Assembly (NCBI GenBank): GCA_043228905.1
Contig: JBHGNT010000018.1
Span: 14,818,001 to 14,882,000, forward strand
Origin: Azolla caroliniana
Taxonomy: Eukaryota; Plantae; Polypodiophyta
Direction of reading: 5' to 3'
Length of the DNA stretch: 64,000 bases
In this document: positions 51,901 through 64,000 of the stretch, one piece after another
Layout: the number at the start of each line of letters is the position of its first letter
Position numbering within the stretch: the first letter of the stretch is position 1
Made by a program: the position numbers and the translations under genes
The notes under the pieces: generated by a model
Told to the model about the DNA's origin: nothing
The model's database searches: none
The model's input: the letters and a program-made list of their open reading frames with translations, nothing else

Positions 51901-53870
51901 ACTTTGCAAGTTCCGGAAACAGTTGAAGACTTCACTTTCCTTCTCTATGAGGTAGATCCATGTGTGTCGGTTGTAGTCGTCGATGAAGGGGACGAAATAT
52001 TGGCTCCCACCAAGACTAACCCTCATTTTACTATCTTCTGACTACATCGAGACTCTGCTCTTGTGGTGGGTCAACTCTTGTAGCGAGCGCGCCAGCACCA
52101 GGTACGACTCAATGCCACAGCGGCGGTATGGGACGCCGATCGAGGCTCGAGTCCGTCTCGATCCCTTCGCTCGGGGGTGGTCGGGTGGATCGGCACCCTT
52201 CTCTCTCTCGTTTCTTTCTATCTACCTAGATCTATCCTTATCTAATGCTTACTTCAGTACATGTCTCTCCTTTCTATCTATCATTAGTTTATCCTTATCT
52301 TAAGCTTACTTTAGTACCTAGATCTCTAATACGGCCATTGTATTTTGGCAATCTGAAAACTACCTATTTCGATTGTAGGTCTTAAAGCCGTTGATAGTTG
52401 AAGTGGCCGATCTGCTTGTGCCACAAGTCGATATCCGACTCAACATTTTGTCCTTTTGCAAACAAGGCGGTGCTAACGTCATTGGTGTTGAGGATGAACA
52501 TCCTCCTATCTCGGCGCCCTTATGCAATGAACTGGCCCTCTTCCTCAATGAAGCACATGAGGTGCGCAAACTGCACCTACATCCCTTGGTCAACAATTTG
52601 ATTGAACTAGATCAAGTTCTTAGTGATTGTCGAGACGTGTAAAACGTTCATCAACTTTCCCTTTTGTCCGACATGACTTAAAGGGACTTCTCCAACATGA
52701 ACTATTGGAGGAGTGTCATCTCTGATTTTGACAACTCCTGGTTGCTCTAGCTTTTCCTAAAACGAGAACCACTCTTTGTGGCTCGTCCTATGGTTAGATG
52801 CTTTGTAGTCAACGTACCACACTTCCTTCGATCCGGAAGTGGTCTTCTTCATCAATTTCACCTTTCTATTCTTCTGCGTAGTGCGAGCTTTGTCAGCTTC
52901 CACATCCGAATCGGCATGCTTCTTTTAGCACTCGCTTTCCCGGTGGCCCTTCTTGCCACAATACCAGCATTACGTGTCGGGCTTTGATTGTCGGTTTCCG
53001 ATGCCGTTTTGACTCCCCCTGCTTGTGGAAGGTCTGGAACTGCCGTCGGCAATATCTTTGTGCCTCCGGTTGTGCTCTTGCCGGCTGCCGCTATTGCGTG
53101 CCAATCCGCCTAGTCCGCCATGACCATGGGGCCGATCCGCTTCTATGTATAACATCTTGATGTTGGTGTGTGTGCTTGTTAACGCACCCGCATGGTTCTC
53201 CTCTACTAGGAGCATCGACTATAAGTTGAAAAACAAGGGCATATTCTCCCTTGTACAAACCATCGTCTGGAATGCTCCGACGTTTGAGGCCAAGCCCCCG
53301 AGACAGACCTCCACCATCTCATCTTCCTTAACGGTTATGTTGATAGACGCAAGTGCGTCGCAGATGTCTTTGATCCAGACCGTATAGTCGGTCACCAATA
53401 TGTCCTTCTGTCGGACATTGCTTAACTCATGTCGGAGTTGCAGCTTTCGAGTCGTGGTGCTTGCGGCAAAGACCGTCTTCAACTTTCCCCAAGCTTCCTT
53501 TGGCGCCTTGGCGTCCCGGATATGGCTCAACAGCTGATCGCCGACACTAGACGCAAAGTACTACATAACTCTGCTTGTCGCTTGTTCTCAAGTCGGGAAG
53601 TCCAGCCTGTCGACATAACTCCAGTAACCATGCCCGAGCAGGTACTGGTGCATCTTGTACGACCAAGATGTACTTAGATTTGTCGAGCTTCTCCATTGGT
53701 AGCGAGCTAGCCATTCCTCAGTCCATATTTTTCTTCTGTATGTTCTTTATCGGGTGTTAGGTTTTGTCTTCTTTTTAGAAATGAATCGTCAATCCACAAG
53801 AAAAGGAATATGTTGAAATACACAGTTTGGAAACACAAGGAAATAAAAACAGTGTACATAGATTTGACGT
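48595..53870 (-). mobile_element. Degenerate Bryco-like Copia (gag from ~53720 to pol end ~49217), 5' leader cut by a Gypsy insertion
   Basis: TTTRKLQLRHEL gag; TPSQNGVAER integrase; FEMKDLGDLHYFLGIEV RT; RNase H remnants; many stops. Confidence 0.85.
52032..52350 (-). mobile_element. Foreign LTR 3'-end fragment replacing part of the Bryco integrase
   Basis: Non-Copia GC-rich and CT-rich segment; minus-strand end tcgatgtagtcagaagata resembles the LTR end at 25347. Confidence 0.4.
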
Positions 53871-56800
53871 TGTCGTGACGTTTCCATGCCATGATAAGAA
53901 AATAACCTCTACCAATTTATATGAGTTTATTCAAATCTTTGTAAAAGGTTATATAGAGTGCGAGGCCTCGATGAGTAGGAGCATCTAGGGGTTTAGGTGT
54001 CGTGAAGTATTTGCTTCACGATAGAAAAATAAACTAAAATATTGTATTAAATAACATTTGAGAGACTTGAACCCACAACCTCACATACCAAATACAAGGC
54101 ACATACCATTAGGCTTGGTCATTTGTTCTTTTAAAGTTATATTTTAATGCATACCTTGTACCCTCACATGCATCATATGCATGGGGGCACCTATTTAATG
54201 AGGGAAAGGGAAAAGAGTGGGGATAACATGAGACGAGGAATATTATTGTTGTAGGAGGGACAAGCTATATTATTGTACAAGAAACATTTTGTAATCATCT
54301 TCAAATATCAATACAAGTTATTTTTGTTTCTCCTCTTTCTTTGACACAAAGCTCGGTGCTTACTTCCCGGATTTGTGATTTTCTTTCCGTTTGCTCTCGT
54401 ATGCCTAGATCGATGCGACAACGTGGAAACCCTAAAGTGGGAGAACACCACAGAGAATGGAGCTTCACTATACATGCACGCAACAGGTATGCATGTTTCT
54501 TAGTATAAATATTTGAGTTCACTTTGAATGAATTCAAGGTGAACAACACGAGTTAATGATATTTGCCCTTAGCTTGTCAATCGTGTCTTTGTAGCACTTT
54601 AAGGCTTGTCGATCGAATCCTTGTCGTATCCTTGTAGCTCTGATTCTTCTATCCTTAACAGTTTGTTCACCTTCTTCACTCTCTCCCCCTCTTCGCTAAC
54701 CACACATCAAAAGCCATGTCTGATACGTCTGATAGCCTACCCCAAATAAGCGCAGCTTTGGAACAACTCCAAGCCAAGAACGCTACCCTTCGTCAATCTT
54801 TACTTGAGCTTCAGTCTGCCACATCCTCGGTTACCCCAGCCACCACACTCAACCCACTACCACCATCCCAAGAACCCTACTATGAACCCAAGGTTAGCCT
54901 TCCTGATAAGTTCGATGGAACGCATGCACGACTACACGACTTCCTTAATCAAATCCACCTCATCATCTGCCTACAGCCCCGTCGTTACACCACAGGGTTC
55001 CACTAGGTCGGTCTCTTGGGGTCGTTGCTAAAGGAACCAACGGAGGCCCCGTCGTCCCTTGGTGGAACGGAGTTTGAACCTACTTTCAGGGAGACGAACC
55101 AACACTGAGTTGTGCTCACTAAGATCTATACCGACGTGAACTAGGGAAGTTAAGAGCGATGGAGAACCAAGAAGCAGTCTTAGAGCCACGGATCAACCAA
55201 GAAGCCGTTCTAGAGCCACAAATCAATGTGGTGTTATAAATGATTGAAAGAATGATGCAAAACCAAGAACGTGCAACTGCTCTTCAACGAATCGCTCATG
55301 CTATGGACAAGCTTGTAGAGAAAATAGGTCTCTTTGAAGGTAAAAATATATCTAAATTCTTACAAGTATATGTTACTGAGCTGGGTAGTAAAAGGGTTCA
55401 ACCAACATGATGTTCAAATAAATTTTGTGAGGATGGTTGAACTCCCTTTGAGAAATAGAGTCTCGAAACTCGCAACAAGTTCTAATGATTGGGTTGCATT
55501 TGAGCAAGCTTTATTAAATGAGTACATGCTTCGTGATACAATCAGAGCGTCAAGGAGGAGTTTCCTGGATTGGGTGGACGAGGACAAGAAGATTTCGGTG
55601 ATGGAGTTGTTAAAAGTATTTCAAGCTCGGTATAACCAATTAACAATGACTGAAAGGACTGTTTTGGAACCGGAGAAGGTCATATTATTCTTGAAGGCAT
55701 CAGACCGATCATATCGAGAAAAATTAGTTGCATTCCTTGAAGACTGGACTACACCCATTGGTCTAGTGTCCCATTGGAATCTAATACATAAAGCTTGTAA
55801 CAGAATCAGCAAAAGAGCCCAATGGTGTGAAGATCTTTCGATTGTCGGGGGTATGAAATATGAAATGAAGACAACCATCAAGGATGATACTGGAGTTCGT
55901 CAACTATTTTGAGGGTACCCGTAACAGTGATGGACGATCTTATCAAAGGTATAAAAGATCTTTCATTACATGTTGCAAAGCTACAAGAAGAAAAATACCT
56001 CACAACCCCAAAAAGATTATGAAAGAAAATGCATATGGTGTGATAACGTCGACCATTCAAGAGGAGGGTGTGATAACTATCAAGAAGCGATAGAAAGAGG
56101 GGTGATATTCTTCAAAGAGGGTAAGATTCATTTTTCTGAAACTCGATTACCTCTCCGAACTAACTTTAGAAGAGGTGGTATGAGAACGATCATCGAAGAT
56201 GCAAAAATAACTAGGACACAAGTTGTCTATCAACCAACAACTACAGTCATCCATGTTGGTGAAGGAGGATCTGAATCTGAATTTTGGCCGTATATTTTGA
56301 AAGTTGCAAGAAAGGGTAAAATCGAGTTTGAAAAGTTGAAGTGTGGAGGTGATGCTGGCCGAAGCAAAACTAGTTAGGAAGACCCGGTGGATGGCCTCTC
56401 AGCTTTCGTGAAGGTTGCAACAACCCAAGCCCATGAAGTGATCATGGAAGAGAAATGGAAATGGGCGGAAAATGAAGATAACAAAAAGAGGGAGCTAAGA
56501 AGCGCTAAAAAGAGGGAGACAAAAAGTCCAAAAATGGTAAGCCCTGACATTGAAAAAGATAAGGATAAGAAGAGTCCCTCGTTCAAATTATTATCTGATA
56601 TTGAAGCTTCAACTGATTTTAAAAAAGTATTGGAAGAAAGAATTTTAGATAGCAAAGTGGAACTTTCCTTGAGGGAACTTTTGGGCATAGCTAAAAAGGA
56701 ATTTCATGAAGCTATAATAGATGGAATTAAAAGAAAACGGCAAAGCATTGAAGCAACTAAAAACCAAGGAAATAAAGTGAAGAAATCAATGGTGGAGGTC

Positions 56801-59800
56801 ATCAAAGGTGAACCAAGCTCTTCCATTGTTGGTACACAAGCTATTGCGACGACAACTTTTGAAGAGAAGCCGAAAGAGCTAAAAAGCTACTATGCTAAGA
56901 AACATTGGGCAAGGGCAACAACTGAGACACCCATGACGATTGAAAACCTTGAAGATCCGGTCGTGGCCTTAATTGACCACGACTCAGAAATTAATCTAAT
57001 TTTTTATGATATTTATAGGAAAGGCGGATGGCCAATGGAAACGAATCATGGGTGGAAGGTAAAATCGGCTAATTCAATGACCGAGAAACTTCATGGAGCT
57101 TGCCCAAACATCAAAATCACCATTGGAGATGTGCCAATGGAGCAACATTTCTTTATCCTCGTCATACCTAGTGATTCTTGGTCAACCATATATCACATCT
57201 TCTAGGATGGAGACGAAGGTGCTTGAAGATGGCTCGCCATATGCTAGAATTTAGAGTACTGATGGTAAGAGGAGTGTTCCATTTCTTACTATTAGGCAAG
57301 GGCATGATAAAAATAAAGAAGAATTACGAATTAATTCCTGTGAGCATGATATGTCATTTTATGAGTCGGATTTTTAAATAGGATCATTGATGGGCAGGGA
57401 CACAATGGTCCCAAAGCCTTTCTTTCCTTGCAAAAAGTTTTCCAATTAATAAAACAATCAATACTTTCTCTAATACAATGGATGGATTTACCTGTTACTT
57501 TGGTGTGGAAAGTCATGCACAAAATAAAGGGAGCAGGAAGATGTTGGATGCATTGTGCACTTCAAGGATGATTGAAAGGGATGGCATAATTTCTGGTATG
57601 TTTCTTGAATATTCAGATGTGGATACAGTCAAAATATTAGAAAATTGCTTGAATGAGAAAGAATGTGACAAGAGATTTGTTCATGTAAATTCTGTTGGTA
57701 TGTCCCTTCATATTGCTGATTTTATTGAAAAAAATGATTGTATAGCTAATAATGAAATAGCTAGCAATAGCTATCATGAAATAACTAATGAAAATAACTA
57801 ATGAAATAAATAATGAAAATAACTAAAACAAGTAAAAATAGCTATGCAATAATAGTTAACACTAAATATAAAACAATAGACCAAAAGGTCAAGCCTATGG
57901 CTATGAATCTACCTATGGAAATTACTGATAACACTAAATAATGTTGCGTTTGAGCCAACATTGCGGGATTCTAAGGATATTGGCCATAAGTTTACAAATG
58001 CTACTCTAGATCAACTAAAAATTGGTGAGAATGATTATTTTTTGCCTATTGAAAGACAATGTTTTCGAAATATGGTTGCTAGTCATGGGAAAGCATTTGC
58101 ATTTGAGTCTAATGAAATTGATTGTGTAGATCCCACAGTTGTGGAACCAATGATTATATTTACAGTTCTGCATATTCCTTGGAATTTAAGGCCTATCCCT
58201 GTTCCTCAGGCCCAAATATCGCAAGTAATAGCTTTGCTTAAGGAAAAAATAGAAATGGGTAACTTGGAGCCATCAGATGCCCCCTACTCGAATAAGTGGT
58301 TTATTATACCTAAAAAGAACGCTTCATTAAGGTTCATTCAGGATTTACAGCCTATCAATAGGGTTACTATTCGAAATGTCGGTGTTGGACCGATTGTAGA
58401 TGCCTTTGTAGAAGCTTTCGCAGGAAGAGCTATATATTCTATGTGTGATTTGTATTCAGGGTATGATCAATTTCAACTTGCTATTGATAGTCATGATATA
58501 ACTACTATAAGAACACCAATTGGATTGATGCGAATGTGTATGTTGCCTCAAGGTTCTACAAATTCAGTGGCACATATTGTGAATGCTATGAATAAAATTT
58601 TAAGAGATTTTGTGCCAAAAATAACTATGCCTTTTCTAGATGATGTTCCAATTAAAGGATGCTCGATGAATAAGGATGTAAAACTCATGCCGAACGGATG
58701 TAGAAAGTTTGTTGCAGACCACATTGATGCTTGTGAGAATCCTTTCAAGGTTAGAAGAGGTTCATCTTACATTTTCAAGTCAAAAAGCTATGTTTGCTGT
58801 TCCCGAAGTTCTGATTGTAGGGCACATGTGTGGACCTTACGGAAGAAAGCCATCCCCAATTAAGGTAAATGCAATTCAAAATCTAAAGGATGATTGTAAA
58901 TCTCTAACAGAAGTGCGTACGTTTTTGGGTGCTTGTGTGTTTTACCGAATTTGGATTCCACATTTCACACATGTGGTTGATCCGCTTTATGGGTTGCTTA
59001 AGAAGAATTCAAGTTTCCTTTGGACTAATGTACATACAGATGCAATTCGCCAACTAAAGGAAATGTTGTTGAATGCCCCTGTTTTACAAAAGGCTAGGTA
59101 TGATAGTGAACACCCCATCATTGTTATTGTGGATACAAGTCCAATCAGGATCAGGTGGGTTGTTAGCCAAAAAGAGAAGGATGGGTTGAGATACGCAGTT
59201 CAATTTGGTGCAAAAATCTTAACAGAACGCCAAAGAGCTTACCTGCAGATTAAAAGAGAGTTATGGGGTATGTTAACAACTATTAAAACATATCGTGAAT
59301 ACTTAATCGGTGCAAAAATTATGGTTGAAACATATTGTCGTCCATTGCTAGGAATGATTTCAAGTTGTGAAACATTTGATATAGCTATGCTTAGATGGAT
59401 TGCTTACATACAATCACTATGTCCTGAAATCAAGCACATTGCAGGAACGGATAACCCATTTGCCGATATGCTCTCAAGAGCGAGGTTTAAAGGTAAAAAT
59501 ACTATGGTAATGATTGATGAAGAAGATGAGAGTTTTGATTTCTTTTCCATAAATTATAACTTGAAGGGGTCATGTGATTTGGATGTTCATGTTATTCTTC
59601 GTGAATTTGAGTACGAGGGGGAGATGTTACAAATTGGAAAATACTTGAGTATTCATGTGAAAGATGGAACATGGTCAAGGGAGCTATTTTATAAAATAAG
59701 AAAGAAATCTTATAAAAAAATTCTTCATGAGGGATATCTTTGGAGACATCCAAAAGTTGTGAAAGGTATTCCGCAAAGAGTTGTTGGAAGAATGGAAGAA

Positions 59801-61021
59801 CAACAAAAACTAATATTTGAATTTCATGATACTTTACGGGTAGGTCATCATGGAGTTTGGGCCACCTACTTGAAATTAAAAGAGAAGTTTTGGTAGGCTG
59901 GAATGTACAATGATGTTGCAGAGTATTTACAATCGTGTGAGAACTGCCAAATGTATTTGAATATTCGACATCGTGATGGGTTGCAACCTACTTATTCTTT
60001 ATCTTTACATTATAAATCGGTTGTGGATATTGTAATGATGCTTGTAGGGGTTTAGGCAAATCAGATATCTTGTATTGGCAAGAGAAGATTTGACAAATCA
60101 AGTGGAAGGCCAACCCCTACGCCAAAAAACCACTTCAACTATTTGTAAGTTCCTTCTTGAAGATGTGATATGTAGGTACGGGTGCATTGGGAAGATTGTT
60201 GCAGACAAAGGAGAACTAGATTCTAACGAAGCTGAACAATTTAATTGTTTCAAGAATGGGAATTCAACTATCCTTAAATACGGCATAAAACTTTGAAGCT
60301 AATGGGAAGGCTGAGTGTGGACATAGCCCTATAGTAAAAGCTTTGGTGAAAGCTTGTGATGGCAAGATAGCTAACTGGCCTCATCTGTTACCGTATGCAC
60401 TATGGGCTACCCACACTACTCACAGTTCCGTGACTGGCTTTATGCCATCAGAATTGATACTTGGTCAAAAGCCAATTATGCCAGTAGAGCAATCGGTATT
60501 TTCCTGGGTTGCCTTGCCATGGGCAGATGAAATGAGTCGAGAAGATTTGGTTGCTCTTAGAATAAGACAACTAGAAAGAAGGGATGAAGATGTTCAAATA
60601 GCTACGGAAATGATGAAACATTGTCGACTACGGAACAAAGACAGATTTGATAAAACCCATCGCCTTCGACCAAGAAAGCTCCAAGAAGGTGTTTGGGTCA
60701 TAGTTTATGATAGCAGCTTGGATAACCAACATAGTACTTCTCATAAATTTGCCAAAAGATGGTTCGGGCCATATATCATTAGACAAGTGAACAAAAATGC
60801 AACTTATTTCCTAACTGAAATGGATGGAGTTGCTTTAAAGTTACCAATTGCAGGAAAGCTAATTAAGCTATTCAAGAGAAGGGAAGATCAAAGCACCAAC
60901 TTCCTCAACGAAGATGACATCTATGAAGCTGAAGAAGGAGACATTCATTGGCGCATGCCAGGGGATGTGTAGGGCTAGAGGGGGAGGATATCGTGACGTT
61001 TCCATGCCATGATGAGAAAAT
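53871..61021 (+). mobile_element. Old AT-rich Phygy-like Gypsy: 5' LTR stub from 53871, gag-PR ~55160-57377, pol ~57374-60972, 3' LTR stub 60989-61021
   Basis: Shared LTR start (tg/ta)tcgtgacgtttccatgccatgat; peptides collinear with 32442-38075 (KVLEERILDSKVELSLRE, HWARATTETP, MPFLDD, WFGPY); many stops and frameshifts. Confidence 0.88.
53998..55125 (+). mobile_element. Truncated Tcn1-like chromovirus fragment (LTR ~53998-54551, gag start 54716)
   Basis: EPKVSLPDKFDG...FLNQI homologous to the 11646 gag; A/B-box module at 54063-54116; PBS tgatatttg complementary to 54302-54310. Confidence 0.7.
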
Positions 61022-63035
61022 TGTTGGGAATTCGGTCCCTCCGGATGGGATCCGGATGAGAACCGGACAAGTCGGATCGGACGAGCCGGAAGAAGGAACC
61101 AGATCTAGAAGGGTTCCAGATGAGACCCGGAACCCGGATCGAGTGAATCTGGTGCAAACCGGATCCAAGGACATATGTGTAAATATGTTTCATGGTGAGC
61201 CCATCAAGGCTATATTGGTAAATAGCCCTAAAGTCAAATAACTATAAATATGACTTAGAGCAATCACTTTATGTAAGAGAGGTGGTTATTGTTAGATGTT
61301 GTATATTGTTGTATACAAAGAGTGAGAGTGAGAGAGAAATAGAGATATATACAGAACTAGTTTTCTGTTTGTAACCACCATTGGCGATGACATAGAGCTC
61401 GAGGTCGTTGCCTCTGAGTCTCACTTTGTACTCCTCCTCTCATAGTGATAGTTGGAGTCTGTGGGCTCCTATAGTTTTTCCCGTTTATGGTTTTCCACGT
61501 AAACATCATGTGTCATCTCGGTTTTAGTTTGTTCTCTTCTATTCCTTGTTGAAGACTCGGTTCTGGCCAAGCGTTATTTCCGTACAAACTAGTATCAGAT
61601 CTTACAAGGGAATGGAAGAATCATTCGGCAGCATGTTCAAGCTCACCGGCTCCAATTACCCAGTGTGGAAGTCGAAGATGAGGGACACGCTCGTGGTAAA
61701 GATCTCTGGCTGCTGGTACAATTCGGAGACAAGGAATCAGACAAGATCAATGCCACGACATGGGAGGTGATGCACATGAAGGCAACGACGTACATCCGGT
61801 GCTTCATCGACACGAACCTCTATAACAACTTCAATGAAGAAAGAAAAGCTCATGTGCTCTGGGAGAAAATCGGCACCATGTTGGAGAGTAAACACGTCGT
61901 AAATTAGGTTTCGGTATTCCGGAAGTTAGTGAGACTCCGGTACTAGGACGGATCCAGCATGGCGAAGCACATGAACGCATTTCAAGGCCACATAAACCAA
62001 AAAACTTCGTTCGAAGTACCTCTCGCCGAACAGGTACTTGTATTGCTCCTGCTCGGTTCCCTCCCAAATAGTTGGGAGATGATGGTTGTCACTTTGGGCA
62101 GCGTCGAGCCAAAAGGAAAGCAGTTGTCCCTAGCAAGGGTAAAATAAAGCTTGCTAGATGAAGAAGCTCGCCAAAAGGACAAGGAGTCCAAAACTGATCC
62201 GAAGGCCTTGGTCACAAAAGATGACCATATCCGGGGAAGAGGCCGGTATCGAAGTCCCCAAAACTGGGACAAATCGGGGACGAGGTTGAAGTCAAGGGGA
62301 AGGCATACTTGCTTTTATCGCGGAAAGTCAGGGCATTTCCAGAAGAATTACCGAAACTTCCGGAAATCCAAAGGGGGAGCAGACAAACCAGAACCGAAGA
62401 AGATTTCGGAGAGAAGAGGAACATCGGCGATCGCGACAAGTGAAGAAGAACTGATGCTCAGTACTGAGGGGAATGAGGTAAACCTTGTCGGCGACGAGAC
62501 AACGTGGGTGTCGATTCTGGAGCATCGTTCCATCTAACACCAGACCGGAAATTCTTCTCATCCTACACAACCGGAGATCACAGTTGTGTCCGAATGGGGA
62601 ATGAAGGTACCTGCTAAATCATCGGCATAGGACATGTGTGGTTGACGACATCAACCGGGTGCAAGCTGCTGCTGAAGGATGTCCGACACATTCCGGAGGT
62701 TCGGTTGAACCTTATATCAGCCGCTGAAGGCTACATAGGTAGCAACCGGAACGGAGTCATGAAATTCAGCAAAGGAAGCCTGATTGTGACTCGAGCCTGG
62801 ACGATCAACACGATGTATCTGATGCATGCCCGGATATGTCGGGAAGAAGTGAACATAGCATCTGACATTGCCGGTGAGCTGTGGCACAAGAGACTGTGTC
62901 ATATGAGCCAGAAGGGGATGAGAAGACTTGCCAAAAACAACCTAATTCCGGAGGTGAAAGACGTGCATCTTGAGAAGTGCACCGATTCCTTGGCCGGCAA
63001 GCAAAACCGAACTCCTTCCAGTCAAGACCATTGAT
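61022..63035 (+). mobile_element. Degenerate Ty1/Copia of the A/B family (5' LTR 61022-61586, gag-PR-start of INT)
   Basis: tgttgggaa LTR start; degenerate Met PBS at 61590-61601; MEESFGSMFKLTGSNY; LWHKRLCH; breaks off near 63035. Confidence 0.85.
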
Positions 63036-64000
63036 GATACGGAATGTACCGTTGTTGTTAAAAAACATGTAGTTTATAAATAGAGTACGTCTTAGAATAC
63101 CCACACGTATTCTACCTTTTGGAACTGCCATTTTTTGTAAGCCTAAATTTCTAAATAATTTAAAATTTAATTTTCTAGGGCTTTTTTTAATAATGAAAAA
63201 AACAATTTGGGGGTTTTTGTAACGAGTGTTACAGTGTTTGCATTTTGTAGACACTAGGTTTTTACACAAGTACATGGAAGCTGCTTAAACGAAATCCAAA
63301 CTGTGAAGCTATGAATCCCTTCTTCTTCCTCCTCCCTTTCTTCCCTTTTAAGAGCTCAATGTACATACTACAAGTAACAAGGTATATTCTCCTTCGTTGA
63401 TTTCCTTCTTTCTTCTTAAAAAATTCTTGAAATCTAACAACCTCCTAGTTTGCGGTTAACTCAAGAGAGATCAATTCCTGTCGATTGAGGGATATATTTC
63501 TACTTGATTCTTCCTATTGGAACTTCTATCGATTTTGATCTAAAAGTGAACTTATTTAGGAGAAAATTTGCTTTTTTCCTTCTCCCTACATGTAATGAAA
63601 ATTTTGAAGAGTCATCCATCTACTAATTATCTGATGTGACTCCATTAATCTTCAATTCATTACCTGCAATTTCGATATATATTATAGGAAATTATCTCTT
63701 TATTCACCCGTTTTAGTTTTTGATGTTCTTGAAAATGTTAATTCTTTGGAAGGCATGCATATTGGATGGGCTTAATTAGGGATTCCTCTCCCTAATTTAG
63801 TGACTTTTTTCCTGTCAAAATGCTTCAAGTTCTGTTGATTAACTGATTTTCATTCATAATTGAGGAGAAATTGCTTCTAAACTTAGATGTAAGTAAGGAG
63901 GAATTTCCTTTCTTTCCATTGATCTTGTATGATTAAGCAGTAAATTGGAATAAATTAGGAAGAAATAATGGGTAAAAGCATGCGAGTGGAAACACTATTA

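Noticed and set aside
63036-64000. AT-rich tail with a 156-aa minus-strand ORF
   Set aside because: No recognisable domain or termini within the window; probably another degenerate repeat

Overview
This is plant nuclear heterochromatin with no host genes, rRNA, true tRNA genes or CRISPR arrays. The element lineages suggest a moss such as Physcomitrium, which is an inference. Almost the whole window is a nested stack of transposable elements. (1) Degenerate Met-primed Ty1/Copia elements; one host spans about 4574-47593 and holds up to three further levels of insertion. (2) Bryco-like Copia elements on the minus strand, one with an internal inversion and one with a 277-bp tandem LTR array. (3) A Tcn1-like chromovirus (11171-16688, TSD GCATG), plus a related fragment and a non-autonomous TRIM family. 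All three show Tf1-type self-priming signals and an antisense tRNA-like A-box/B-box at the U3 end of the LTR. (4) A non-chromovirus Ty3/Gypsy lineage (Phygy-like) with a tRNA-Trp PBS, CG-centred 4-bp TSDs, gag-PR/-1/pol organisation with a conserved pseudoknot, and a covarying hairpin before the PPT. One copy (31641-38930) is very young and splits an otherwise intact Copia (29756-42493). (5) A degenerate Sola1/DUF7869-type DDD transposase lying head-to-head with a spliced ParB/Srx-like pseudogene whose intron carries palindromes. All calls were made by eye from motifs; no database searches were run.
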